A stretch of DNA of 64,000 nt. It comes from Eledone cirrhosa. Taxonomy: Eukaryota. Below the pieces are notes generated by a model that was given only the letters and a program-made list of their open reading frames with translations, did no database searches and was not told the DNA's origin. Position numbers and translations under genes: made by a program. Where the stretch lies: positions 3,534,001 to 3,598,000 of the forward strand of contig OZ024761.1 of NCBI GenBank assembly GCA_964016885.1, in the 5' to 3' direction. Shown here in pieces: positions 12,235-26,100 of this stretch; the first letter of the stretch is position 1, and every line of letters begins with the position of its first letter.

Positions 12235-15182
12235 GTGATGCAGTCATAGTGTTGTTTTGTACTTTCTAAGAATGTCTTGCTAATGTGGTTTCATGTGGTA
12301 CAGGATGTTAAGAGTTAATGTGATGCAGTCATAGTGTTGTTTTGTACTTTACAAGAATGTCTTGCTAATGTGGTTTCATGTGGTACAAGATGTTAAGAGT
12401 TAATGTGATGCAGTCATAGTGTTGTTTTGTACTTTACAAGAATGTTTTGCTAATGTGGTTTCATGTGGAACAGGATGTTATGTGTTAATGTGATGCAGTC
12501 ATAGTGTTGTTTTGTACTTTACAAGAATGTCTTGCTAATGTGGTTTCATGTGGTACAGGATGTTATGTGTTAATGTGATGTAGTCATAGTGTTGTTTTGT
12601 ACTTTACAAGAATGTCTTGCTAATGTGGTTTCATGTGGTACAGGATGTTAAGAGTTAATGTGATGCAGTCATAGTGTTGTTTTGTACTTTACAAGAATGT
12701 CTTGCTAATGTGGTTTCATGTGGTACAGGATCTTGTGTGTTAATGTGATGCAGTCATAGTGTTGTTTTGTACTTTACAAGAATGTCTTGCTAATGTGGTT
12801 TCATGTGGTACAGGATGTTGTGTGTTAATGTGATGCAGTCATAGTGTTGTTTTGTACTTTACAAGAATGTCTTGCTAATGTGGTTTCATGTGGTACAGGA
12901 TGTTAAGAGTTAATGTGATGCAGTCAAAGTGTTGTTTTGTACTTTACAAGAATGTCTTGCTAATGTGGTTTCATGTGGTACAGGATGTTATGAGTTAATG
13001 TGATGCAGTCATAGTGTTGTTTTGTACTTTACAAGAATGTCTTGCTAATGTGGTTTCATGTGGTACAGGATGTTATGTGTTAATGTGATGCAGTCAGTGT
13101 TGTTTTGTACTTTACAAGAATATCTTGCTAATGTGGTGTCATGTGGTAGAGGATGTTATGAGTTAATGTGATGCAGTCATAGTGTTGTTTTGTACTTTAC
13201 AAGAATGTCTTGCTAATGTGGTTTCATGTGGTACAGGATGTTATGAGTTAATGTGATGCAGTCATAGTGTTGTTTTGTACTTTACAAGAATGTCTTGCTA
13301 ATGTGGTTTCATGTGGTACAGGATGTTATGTGTTAATGTGATGCAGTCATAGTGTTGTTTTGTACTTTACAAGAATGTCTTGCTAATGTGGTTTCATGTG
13401 GTACAGGATGTTGTGTGTTAATGTGATGCAGTCATAGTGTTGTTTTGTACTTTATAAGAATGTCTTGCTAATGTGGTTTCATGTGGTACAGGATCTTGTG
13501 TGTTAATGTGATGCAGTCATAGTGTTGTTTTGTACTTTACAAGAATGTCTTGCTAATGTGGTTTCATGTGGTACAGGATGTTAAGAGTTAATGTGATGCA
13601 GTCAAAGTGTTGTTTTGTACTTTACAAGAATGTCTTGCTAATGTGGTTTCATGTGGTACAGGATGTTATGAGTTAATGTGATGCAGTCATAGTGTTGTTT
13701 TGTACTTTACAAGAATGTCTTGCTAATGTGGTTTCATGTGGTACAGGATGTTATGAGTTAATGTGATGCAGTCATAGTGTTGTTTTGTACTTTACAAGAA
13801 TGTCTTGCTAATGTGGTTTCATGTGGTACAGGATGTTATGTGTTAATGTGATGCAGTCATAGTGTTGTTTTGTACTTTACAAGAATGTCTTGCTAATGTG
13901 GTTTCATGTGGTACAGGATGTTAAGAGTTAATGTGATGCAGTCATAGTGTTGTTTTGTACTTTACAAGAATGTCTTGCTAATGTGGTTTGATGTGGTACA
14001 GGATGTTATGTGTTAATGTGATGCAGTCATAGTGTTGTTTTGTACTTTACAAGAATGTCTTGCTAATGTGGTTTCATGTGGTACAGGATGTTAAGAGTTA
14101 ATGTGATGCAGTCATAGTGTTGTTTTGTACTTTACAAGAATGTCTTGCTAATGTGGTTTCATGTGGTACAGGATGTTGTGTGTTAATGTGATGCAGTCAT
14201 AGTGTTGTTTTGTACTTTACAAGAATGTCTTGCTAATGTGGTTTCATGTGGTACAGGATGTTATGTGTTAATGTGATGCAGTCATAGTGTTGTTTTGTAC
14301 TTTACAAGAATGTCTTGCTAATGTGGTTTCATGTGGTACAGGATGTTAAGAGTTAATGTGATGCAGTCATAGTGTTGTTTTGTACTTTACAAGAATGTCT
14401 TGCTAATGTGGTTTGATGTGGTACAGGATGTTATGTGTTAATGTGATGCAGTCATAGTGTTGTTTTGTACTTTACAAGAATGTCTTGCTAATGTGGTTTC
14501 ATGTGGTACAGGATGTTAAGAGTTAATGTGATGCAGTCATAGTGTTGTTTTGTACTTTACAAGAATGTCTTGCTAATGTGGTTTCATGTGGTACAGGATG
14601 TTAAGAGTTAATGTGATGCAGTCAAAGTGTTGTTTTGTACTTTACAAGAATGTCTTGCTAATGTGGTTTCATGTGGTACAGGATGTTAAGAGTTAATGTG
14701 ATGCAGTCATAGTGTTGTTTTGTACTTTACAAGAATGTCTTGCTAATGTGGTTTCATGTGGTACAGGATGTTATGTGTTAATGTGATGCAGTCATAGTGT
14801 TGTTTTGTACTTTACAAGAATGTCTTGCTAATGTGGTTTCATGTGGTACAGGATGTTAAGAGTTAATGTGATGCAGTCATAGTGTTGTTTTGTACTTTAC
14901 AAGAATGTCTTGCTAATGTGGTTTCATGTGGTACAGGATGTTAAGAGTTAATGTGATGCAGTCATAGTGTTGTTTTGTACTTTACAAGAATGTCTTGCTA
15001 ATGTGGTTTGATGTGGTACAGGATGTTATGTGTTAATGTGATGCAGTCATAGTGTTGTTTTGTACTTTACAAGAATGTCTTGCTAATGTGGTTTCATGTG
15101 GTACAGGATGTTAAGAGTTAATGTGATGCAGTCATAGTGTTGTTTTGTACTTTACAAGAATGTCTTGCTAATGTGGTTTCAT
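12235..15182. repeat. 85-bp minisatellite, ~35 copies
   Basis: GTGATGCAGTCATAG recurs at 12235, 12320, 12405 and onward; copies are highly homogeneous. Confidence 0.97.
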
Positions 15183-15550
15183 GGTGGAATTGTTTTGTCA
15201 GATACATTTTGTTAATTTTACCTTAGATTACCATAAATGCAAGGATTTACCCTAAAACAAAATTCATTTCTTTCTTCAGCCTGAAGAAGAATGACACTAT
15301 TTCACATGTATATGTTACTCTAAAGGGGGCACATATAATGTATATGCTACCCTAATCCCCAATCACCTTACAGAGTACAGTGGGCGCATTTAGGGAGGTT
15401 GTCATGTCATTGATACCAACCCTTTGTTTTGCAAGTTTTCTAGGGCTGGATGCCCTTTCTATCCCCAGCCACTTTACAGAGTATACTGGGTACATTGTGT
15501 AGACCACACCAACACCATGGAAGTTGTCTTTGAGAAGAAACCAAACTTAC

Positions 15551-15652
15551 CAGCGTGAAGAGACAGAGACCTGTTCCAACATCCCACATTTTGATTGTTT
15601 TGTCTCGAGATCCCGAAAGCAAAAAGGGTCCACTTCTATTTCCCTTCTTAGG
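15551..15652 (-). CDS. PAFAH1B1: LIS1 coding exon 10: [34 protein letters not shown]
   Basis: 102 nt, TAG acceptor, GTAAG donor. Confidence 0.96.
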
Positions 15653-15699
15653 CTAGATAAAAAGAAAATAATGAAACAGATAAGGAAATGTCAATTTTT

Positions 15700-15743
<44 letters not shown>

Positions 15744-16536
15744 CTTCTATTTTACTAACCTTCCACTTGTATTACTATCTCCTAGATCGGATAATTAATT
15801 AATTTAATTAGATAATTCTATTGATTGATTAATTATTCATGTTTGTTTAATAACTCTAGTTGAGAGTTTCTTATTCAATTTGTTTGAAAGGAATCAATTC
15901 CTTTGTTCACACTTTAAATTTGCACGCCAGGGGTTATTTCCCTTGTTGATGAGTAAACATGAGAGGTTATTTACCTTGTTGAGGAGTAAACACGTGACAG
16001 CGAAACAGTGCCTGCTACTACTAGCGGTTTATTGTTATGCTTCACACCGGCTTTAGGCACATAACAGAAACCTGTTGATAACGTGAGTCCCTGTTTCAGT
16101 CTTCAAATACCACAAACTTGCATACTGCGCAAGTAAGATTCTTGATTTTGATTTCACAGAAACCTATCGAGGATATTGCCTAATACCTCTCGATACGGGC
16201 CAGGTTTCTTATTTAATCTGATTGTATTTTCGTTGTTGTGGCTATGTCACCTAACCACAGTTGTCAGTTTGTCACGCTATTTAACATATGTTACTTACTC
16301 AACGGTGTAGCCTATCGATTTATCGATACAATCTTATTGAGTGCTTCATGCAAACCCGAATCGTTACTTCGTGGGTTTGGGCGACTGCCATAACTTCGAT
16401 TTTAATAACCATCCGTGTGTGTTTGTGTGTTTGTGTGTTTGTGTGTGTGTGTACACACACACACATTAAAATATGTTACCAAACACTTATACACAATTTG
16501 ATTTTAATATTTGAAAACAAATTTCTTTATATGTAT

Positions 16537-18526
16537 ATCATCATCATCGTTTAACGTCTATCTTCCACGCTAGCATGGGTCTGGGCGGGAATTGTCCCAC
16601 TTGAGGCAAGATTGGTTGTCTTGCTCAGGACTGTCTGGATGCCCTTCCAACCACGTTTGCAGTGTGGACTGGGAGGGAGGTTTTTACCATGTTACCTACA
16701 TGGCAACATTACAGCATGGACTGTTTTTTTTGTCGTGACACCAACACGACCTCATTTATTTAGGACTGGATGTTGTGGTACCAACATAGCCTTACATCAA
16801 AAGGGGTGGTGTAGATGGCGGTGGGGGTAGGGTTAGTGGGACGGGGGTGTATTTTGGATAAGAGGTGCCTACTGACTGTAGGTTTCGCTTTGTACTCAGG
16901 AAAGGTGGGTCTTCTGTATTACTACGTAGCGCCAAAGATCTCGGTCCAGTGACATTGTCTTGAAGAGGTGTAAGTGTGTGAGGTCGGAATTTATCAAGTC
17001 GTCCCAGGTTTTTCTGAGTCTGCCTACTCAGTAGCTACCATCTATTTTGATCGCCCTGCACTTTTTTATACAGCTGTCATCTTTCATGCGCATCACGTGA
17101 CCATACCAACGTAGTCTTCTCTTGAGTAAACAGCATCAGATCCCTCTTATTCCTAATTTCTCACTTAGTTCATTTATGCTTTGCCGTTCAGGTATATTAC
17201 TATTACACATCCAACGGAGCATGCAAGCTTCGTTCCTCTCCAGTCTGCGTAGATCCTCTGCACACAAGGCCCATGTCTCACTGCCATGTAACATCGCTGT
17301 TCGTATGCAGGCATCATACAGCCTGCCTTTTATTTTTAGAGAGAAACCTTTAGCGGAGCAACCTCCACCCCTGCTGATTTTGTCACCCAGGTAACGGAAG
17401 GTGTCCACTATTTCTATAGAACCATCTGGGCAATGGAATGAGCTAGTATTCTGTGGGCATTTGCTGCTACTTATTGCACCTGAGCACCGGCCACATATAA
17501 AATCTATATTCTTAGTTAGCTTACCTGTGATCCCACTACATCTTTTGTGCACCCATACTTTGCATTTGGGACATAAAATGGAGTTTCTGCCTACCCCTTT
17601 CCTACACACTGAGCATGGCCATTTCCCAGATGGGACCAGTGCCCTATTCTCCTTCCTACATATTAGGACTTTAGTCTGAGACAAGTTAACTTTAAGGCGT
17701 TTTGATTCTAGGCCATGCTTCCATGTTTGGAATTTCTTTTCTAGTTCAGCCATTGATTCGGCTATGAGCGTTAGATCATCTGCGTGTAGAAGTTCCCATG
17801 GGCAGCCGGTCTTGAACTCCTCCGTTATAGCTTGGAGAGCGATAATAAATAGGAGGGGGCTAAGGACAGAGCCCTGATGAACACCAACTTTTACGCTAAA
17901 CTCTTCACTATATTCGTTGTTAATTCTAACCTTGCTGACTGTTTCTTTATACATGGCTCATATAGCTCTCACAAGCCATTCATCTACACCTAGTTTTCTA
18001 AGAGCCCACCAGATAATGGAGCGGGGGACTCTGTCATAGGCTTTCTCCAGGTCTACAACAGCTAAGTAGAGGGGTTTACTTTTATCTAGGTACTTCTCCT
18101 GTAGTTGTCGTAAAATGAAAAGAGCGTCTGTGGTACTTTTACCTGACACAAACGCGAACTGCATTTCATCTAGATCAATTCGCTCTCTGATTAGTTGCGC
18201 TATTACTTTTTCTGACCTTCATGACCTGGTCAATTAATTTAATGCCTCTATAGTTTCCCCTATCTAGGGCATCTCCTTTACCCTTGTAGCAGTTAATGAT
18301 GATGCTGCTACGCCAGTCCTTTGGTACGACCCCATTCTGTATGACTTGGTTTACTATCCGGGTGACCATAGTGTGTCCCACCGTTCCAGATGCTTTCAGC
18401 ATTTCAGCAACTATTTCCAAAGGCCCAGCCGCCTTCATATCTTTGATTGCCTTACTTATTATACTACCTTCAACTTGTACTGCTGGTCCCTCTATTGGAT
18501 CCATGTGGGGGAGACTGTCTTTCTCC

Positions 18527-18527
<1 letters not shown>
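16537..18527 (-). mobile_element. 5'-truncated, inactivated RTE-clade LINE (RT domain, PHD-like finger, (GAT)n tail)
   Basis: Motifs YKGKGDALDRGNYRGIKL, DLEKAYDRV, GVHQGSVLSPLLF, HADD (normally YADD), FRYLG and MLHGSETW; stops and frameshifts; flanked by (AT)n. Confidence 0.95.
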
Positions 18528-18558
<31 letters not shown>

Positions 18559-18651
18559 TTATTGAAGTACAAGTTTGGTAGAAATACCCAAGGGTAAGAG
18601 CACTCAGTGCATAAGACAAGTTAAGTATAATTAGTTACAACAGTGACATAT

Positions 18652-18701
18652 ACAGGTACTTAAGTTTCGTTGAGTTATACACCCAAACTCATTCAACCTG
18701 T
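18652..18701 (-). ncRNA. Hammerhead-like motif with variant core (UUGAAUGA)
   Basis: ACAGG-UUGAAUGA-GUUUGGGUGUAUAACUCAAC-GAAA-CUUAAG-UA-CCUGU; helices I, II and a palindromic helix III are all present. Confidence 0.6.
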
Positions 18702-18847
18702 TATATATGTATATATGCAGCTGCCATATTCCGAATATACACTTTGTTATTACTCTGGGACATGCTTGCTTGATAAACATTCAAACCCTCATTGAGAGAG
18801 ATTGAGAAATCAAGATTATAATAAATACATTTCCTAAAACCACATCA

Positions 18848-18884
<37 letters not shown>

Positions 18885-18885
<1 letters not shown>

Positions 18886-19075
18886 CAAAACCAACCGTCA
18901 GGGAACCAAGAGGTAGACCTCCAAGCAAGATGGTTGTATAACATCCATGAGCTAGATTGGACTTGCTTGGAGATCCAGATGGATCAATTGGAGACAGTTG
19001 CTTCTGACAGGAGCTGCTGGGAGGAGTGTTTGAGGACTGTTCCCTTCCTCGTCGACCTTCTCAGGAATAGAGGAG
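18885..19075 (+). mobile_element. Old RTE-like LINE 3' fragment
   Basis: Degenerate [24 protein letters not shown], typical of the RTE ORF C-terminus. Confidence 0.5.
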
Positions 19076-19088
19076 TCACTATACTTAC

Positions 19089-19220
19089 GCTATTGCCAAG
19101 AGCTTCATTGATGCTAGGATGAGAACCATCAGGAGCCCAGGAGATACACTCCACAACATGTTCGTGCTCTCGCAGCTCTGCCTTGCACTCCGCAGTGGCA
19201 GCAACCCACACTCTCACAGT
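19089..19220 (-). CDS. PAFAH1B1: LIS1 coding exon 9: [44 protein letters not shown]
   Basis: 132 nt, CAG acceptor, GTAAG donor, phase 0-0. Confidence 0.97.
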
Positions 19221-19292
19221 CTGCAGGGGAGAAAAAAAGTTAATAAACAAATATGAAATCACAGTTGATACCTAACAATAATCAGAGTTGCA

Positions 19293-20040
19293 TACTCTCC
19301 TGCCTCTCTCTCTCACACTCTCACTCTCCTGCCTCTCTCTCTCTCACTCTCCTGCCTCTCACACACTCTCTCTCTCACACTCTCCTGCCTCTCTCTCTCT
19401 CACTCTCTCTCTCTCACTCTCCTGCCTCTCACACACTCTCTCTCTCACACTCTCCTGCCTCTCTCTCTCTCACTCTCTCTCTCACACTCTCCTGCCTCTC
19501 ACACACTCTCTCTCTCATACTCTCCTGCCTCTCTCTCTCTCCTGCCTCTCTCTCTCTCTCCTGCCTCACTCTCCTGCCTCTCTCTCTCTCACACTCTCAC
19601 TCTCCTGCCTCTCTCTCTCTCTCTCTCTCTCACACTCTCACTCTCCTGCCTCTCTCTCTCTCTCACACTCTCCTGCCTCTCTCTCTCTCACACTCTCACT
19701 CTCCTGCCTCTCTCTCTCTCACACTCTCACTCTCCTGCCTCTCTCACACACTCTCACTCTCTCTCTCACACTCACTCTCCTGCCTCTCTCTCTCACACAC
19801 ACACACTCCTGCCTATCTCTCACACTCTCCTGCCTCTCTCTCTCACACTCTCACTCTCCTGCCTCTCACACTCACTCTCCTGCCTCTCTCACACACTCTC
19901 ACTCTCTCTCTCACACTCACTCTCCTGCCTCTCTCTCTCACACTCTCCTGCCTCTCTCTCTCACACTCTCCTGCCTCTCTCCCTCATACTCTCTTGCCTC
20001 TCTCCCTCTCACACACACCCTCCCCCGCTTCTCTCTCTCA
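19293..20040. repeat. Pyrimidine-rich complex repeat (CTCTCCTGC with CT/CA runs)
   Basis: Direct inspection. Confidence 0.93.
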
Positions 20041-20149
20041 CAGCTATGTTGCGCCACGAGAAGTGTAATGGCAGATAACTCATTGTGTCCAGCAATGTGG
20101 AACAGTTGAGTGACAAGCTAGTAACATTGTCTCACATTAATATGGTACT

Positions 20150-23100
20150 GGAACTGTGTAAAGGAATAACAGTGAGGTATCTCTGTATGATGTAGGGGAG
20201 GAACTGTGTAAAGACAGGCTACTGCCCAGCTTGGAATAACAGTGAGGTATCTCTGTATGATGTAGGGGAGGAACTGTGTAAAGACAGGCTGCTGCCCAGC
20301 TTGGAATAACAGTGAGGTATCTCTGTATGATGTAGGGGAGGAACTGTGTAAAGACAGGCTGCTGCCCAGCTTGGAATAACAGTGAGGTATCTCTGTATGA
20401 TGTAGGGGGGGAACTGTGTAAAGACAGGCTGCTGCCCAGCTTGGAATAACAGTGAGGTATCTCTGTATGATGTAGGGGGGGAACTGTGTAAAGACAGGCT
20501 GCTGCCCAGCTTGGAATAACAGTGAGGTATCTCTGTATGATGTAGGGGGGGAACTGTGTAAAGACAGGCTGCTGCCCAGCTTGGAATAACAGTGAGGTAT
20601 CTCTGTATGATGTAGGGGGGGAACTGTGTAAAGACAGGCTGCTGCCCAGCTTGGAATAACAGTGAGGTATCTCTGTATGATGTAGGGGGGGAACTGTGTA
20701 AAGACAGGCTGCTGCCCAGCTTGGAATAACAGTGAGGTATCTCTGTATGATGTAGGGGAGGAACTGTGTAAAGACAGGCTGCTGCCCAGCTTGGAATAAC
20801 AGTGAGGTATCTCTGTATGATGTAGGGGGGGAACTGTGTAAAGACAGGCTGCTGCCCAGCTTGGAATAACAGTGAGGTATCTCTGTATGATATAGGGGGG
20901 GAACTGTGTAAAGACAGGCTGCTGCCCAGCTTGGAATAACAGTGAGGCATCTCTGTATGATGTAGGGGGGGGAACTGTGTAAAGACAGGCTGCTGCCCAG
21001 CTTGGAATAACAGTGAAGTATCTCTGTATGATGTAGGGGGGGAACTGTGTAAAGACAGGCTGCTGCCCAGCTTGGAATAACAGTGAGGCATCTCTGTATG
21101 ATGTAGGGGGGGGGGGGAACTGTGTAAAGACAGGCTGCTGCCCAGCTTGGAATAACAGTGAAGTATCTCTGTATGATGTAGGGGGGGAACTGTGTAAAGA
21201 CAGGCTGCTGCCCAGCTTGGAATAACAGTGAAGTATCTCTGTATGATGTAGGGGGAAAACTGTGTAAAGACAGGCTGCTGCCCAGCTTGGAATAACAGTG
21301 AAGTATCTCTGTATGATGTAGGGGGAAAACTGTGTAAAGACAGGCTGCTGCCCAGCTTGGAATAACAGTGAGGTATCTCTGTATGATGTAGGGGAGGAAC
21401 TGTGTAAAGACAGGCTGCTGCCCAGCTTGGAATAACAGTGAGGTATCTCTGTATGATGTAGGGGGGGAACTGTGTAAAGACAGGCTGCTGCCCAGCTTGG
21501 AATAACAGTGAGGTATCTCTGTATGATATAGGGGGGGAACTGTGTAAAGACAGGCTGCTGCCCAGCTTGGAATAACAGTGAGGCATCTCTGTATGATGTA
21601 GGGGGGGGAACTGTGTAAAGACAGGCTGCTGCCCAGCTTGGAATAACAGTGAAGTATCTCTGTATGATGTAGGGGGGGAACTGTGTAAAGACAGGCTGCT
21701 GCCCAGCTTGGAATAACAGTGAGGCATCTCTGTATGATGTAGGGGGGGGGGGGGGGGAACTGTGTAAAGACAGGCTGCTGCCCAGCTTGGAATAACAGTG
21801 AAGTATCTCTGTATGATGTAGGGGGGGAACTGTGTAAAGACAGGCTGCTGCCCAGCTTGGAATAAAAGTGAACTATCTCTGTATGATGTGGGGGGGGAAC
21901 TGTGTAAAGACAGGCTGCTGCCCAGCATGGAATAACTGAACTATCTCTGTATGATGTAGGGGGGGAACTGCGTAAAGACAGGCTGCTGCCCAGCTTGGAA
22001 TAAAAGTGAAGTATGTCTGTATGATGTAGGGGGGGAACTGTGTAAAGACAGGCTGCTGCCCAGCTTGGAATAAAAGTGAAGTATGTCTGTATGATGTAGG
22101 GGGGGAACTGTGTAAAGACAGGCTGTTGCCCAGCTTGGAATAACAGTGAAGTATCTCTGTATGATGTAGGGGAGGAACTGTGTAAAGACAGGCTGCTGCC
22201 CAGCTTGGAATAACAGTGAACTATCTCTGTATGATGTAGGGGGAAAACTGTGTAAAGACAGGCTGCTGCCCAGCTTGGAATAAAAGTGAGGTATCTCTGT
22301 ATGATGTAGGGGAGGAACTGTGTAAAGACAGGCTGCTGCCCAGCTTGGAATAAAAGTGAGGTATCTCTGTATGATGTAGGGGGGGAACTGTGTAAAGACA
22401 GGCTGCTGCCCAGCTTGGAATAACAGTGAGGTATCTCTGTATGATGTAGGGGGGGAACTGTGTAAAGACAGGCTGCTGCCCAGCTTGGAATAACAGTGAA
22501 GTATCTCTGTATGATGTAGGGGGAGAACTGTGTAAAGACAGGCTGCTGCCCAGCTTGGAATAACAGTGAAGTATCTCTGTATGATGTAGGAGAGGAGCTG
22601 TATAAAGACAGGCTGCTGCCCAGCTTGGAATAACAGTGAAGTATCTCTGTATGATGTAGGGGGGGAACTGTGTAAAGACAGGCTGCTGCCCAGCTTGGAA
22701 TAACAGTGAGGTATCTCTGTATGGTGTAGGGAGGGAACTGTGTAAAGACAGGCTGCTGCCCAGCTTGGAATAACAGTGAAGTATCTCTGTATGATGTAGG
22801 GGGGGAACTGTGTAAAGACAGGCTGCTGCCCAGCTTGGAATAACAGTGAAGTATCTCTGTATGATGTAGGGGAGGAGCTGTATAAAGACAGGCTGCTGCC
22901 CAGCTTGGAATAACAGTGAAGTATCTCTGTATGATGTAGGGGGGGAACTGTGTAAAGACAGGCTGCTGCCCAGCTTGGAATAACAGTGAGGTATCTCTGT
23001 ATGATGTAGGGGGGGAACTGTGTAAAGACAGGCTGCTGCCCAGCTTGGAATAACAGTGAAGTATCTCTGTATGATGTAGGGGAGGAACTGTGTAAAGACA

Positions 23101-26100
23101 GGCTGCTGCCCAGCTTGGAATAACAGTGAACTATCTCTGTATGATGTAGGGGAGGAACTGTGTAAAGACAGGCTGCTGCCCAGCTTGGAATAACAGTGAG
23201 GTATCTCTGTATGATGTAGGGGGGGAACTGTGTAAAGACAGGCTGCTGCCCAGCTTGGAATAACAGTGAGGTATCTCTGTATGATGTAGTGGGGGAACTG
23301 TGTAAAGACAGGCTGCTGCCCAGCTTGGAATAACAGTGAACTATCTCTGTATGATGTAGGGGGGGAACTGTGTAAAGACAGGCTGCTGCCCAGCTTGGAA
23401 TAACAGTGAGGTATCTCTGTATGATGTAGGGGGAAAACTGTGTAAAGACAGGCTGCTGCCCAGCTTGGAATAACAGTGAAGTATCTCTGTATGATGTAGG
23501 GGGAGGAACTGTGTAAAGACAGGCTGCTGCCCAGCTTGGAATAACAGTGAAGTATCTCTGTATGATGTAGGGGGGGAACTGTGTAAAGACAGGCTGCTGC
23601 CCAGCTTGGAATAACAGTGAGGTATCTCTGTATGATGTAGGGGAGGAACTGTGTAAAGACAGGCTGCTGCCCAGCTTGGAATAACAGTGAGGTATCTCTG
23701 TATGATGTAGGGGGAAAACTGTGTAAAGACAGGCTGCTGCCCAGCTTGGAATAACAGTGAAGTATCTCTGTATGATGTAGGGGAGGAGCTGTGTAAAGAC
23801 AGGCTGCTGCCCAGCTTGGAATAACAGTGAAGTATCTCTGTATGATGTAGGGGAGGAGCTGTGTAAAGACAGGCTGCTGCCCAGCTTGGAATAACAGTGA
23901 AGTATCTCTGTATGATGTAGGGGAGGAACTGTGTAAAGACAGGCTGCTGCCCAGCTTGGAATAACAGTGAGGTATCTCTGTATGATGTAGGGGAGGAACT
24001 GTGTAAAGACAGGCTGCTGCCCAGCTTGGAATAACAGTGAAGTATCTCTGTATGATGTAGGGGAGGAACTGTGTAAAGACAGGCTGCTGCCCAGCTTGGA
24101 ATAACAGTGAGGTATCTCTGTATGATGTAGGGGAGGAACTGTGTAAAGACAGACTGCTGCCCAGCTTGGAATAACAGTGAGGTATCTCTGTATGATGTAG
24201 GGGAGGAGCTGTGTAAAGACAGGCTGCTGCCCAGCTTGGAATAACAGTTAAGTATCTCTGTATGATGTAGGGGAGGAACTGTGTAAAGACAGGCTGCTGC
24301 CCAGCTTGGAATAACAGTGAGGTATCTCTGTATGATGTAGGGGAGGAACTGTGTAAAGACAGGCTGCTGCCCAGCTTGGAATAAAAGTGAACTATCTCTG
24401 TATGATGTAGGGGAGGAACTGTGTAAAGACAGGCTGCTGCCCAGCTTGGAATAAAAGTGAAGTATCTCTGTATGATGTAGGGGAGGAACTGTGTAAAGAC
24501 AGGCTGCTGCCCAGCTTGGAATAACAGTGAGGTATCTCTGTATGATGTAGGGGAGGAACTGTGTAAAGACAGGCTGCTGCCCAGCTTGGAATAACAGTGA
24601 GGCATCTCTGTATGATGTAGGGGGGGAACTGTGTAAAGACAGGCTGCTGCCCAGCTTGGAATAACAGTGAGGTATCTCTGTATGATGTAGGGGAGGAACT
24701 GTGTAAAGACGGGCTGCTGCCCAGCTTGGAATAACAGTGAAGTATCTCTGTATGATGTAGGGGAGGAACTGTGTAAAGACAGGCTGCTGCCCAGCTTGGA
24801 ATAACAGTGAAGTATCTCTGTATGATGTAGGGGGAAAACTGTGTAAAGACAGGCTGCTGCCCAGCTTGGAATAACAGTGAAGTATCTCTGTATGATGTAG
24901 GGGGAAAACTGTGTAAAGACAGGCTGCTGCCCAGCTTGGAATAACAGTGAAGTATCTCTGTATGATGTAGGGGAGGAACTGTGTAAAGACAGGCTGCTGC
25001 CCAGCTTGGAATAACAGTGAGGCATCTCTGTATGATGTAGGGGAGGAACTGTGTAAAGACAGGCTGCTGCCCAGCTTGGAATAACAGTGAAGTATCTCTG
25101 TATGATGTAGGGGAGGAACTGTGTAAAGACAGGCTGCTGCCCAGCTTGGAATAACAGTGAACTATCTCTGTATGATGTAGGGGGGGAACTGTGTAAAGAC
25201 AGGCTGCTGCCCAGCTTGGAATAACAGTGAGGTATCTCTGTATGATGTAGGGGGGGAACTGTGTAAAGACAGGCTGCTGCCCAGCTTGGAATAACAGTGA
25301 ACTATCTCTGTATGATGTAGGGGAGGAGCTGTGTAAAGACAGGCTGCTGCCCAGCTTGGAATAACAGTGAAGTATCTCTGTATGATGTAGGGGAGGAGCT
25401 GTGTAAAGACAGGCTGCTGCCCAGCTTGGAATAACAGTGAGGTATCTCTGTATGATGTAGGGGGGGAACTGTGTAAAGACAGGCTGCTGCCCAGCTTGGA
25501 ATAAAAGTGAAGTATCTCTGTATGATGTAGGGGAGGAACTGTGTAAAGACAGGCTGCTGCCCAGCTTGGAATAACAGTGAGGTATCTCTGTATGATGTAG
25601 GGGAGGAACTGTGTAAAGACAGGCTGCTGCCCAGCTTGGAATAACAGTGAGGCATCTCTGTATGATGTAGGGGGGGAACTGTGTAAAGACAGGCTGCTGC
25701 CCAGCTTGGAATAACAGTGAGGTATCTCTGTATGATGTAGGGGAGGAACTGTGTAAAGACGGGCTGCTGCCCAGCTTGGAATAACAGTGAAGTATCTCTG
25801 TATGATGTAGGGGAGGAACTGTGTAAAGACAGGCTGCTGCCCAGCTTGGAATAACAGTGAAGTATCTCTGTATGATGTAGGGGGAAAACTGTGTAAAGAC
25901 AGGCTGCTGCCCAGCTTGGAATAACAGTGAAGTATCTCTGTATGATGTAGGGGGAAAACTGTGTAAAGACAGGCTGCTGCCCAGCTTGGAATAACAGTGA
26001 AGTATCTCTGTATGATGTAGGGGAGGAACTGTGTAAAGACAGGCTGCTGCCCAGCTTGGAATAACAGTGAGGCATCTCTGTATGATGTAGGGGAGGAACT

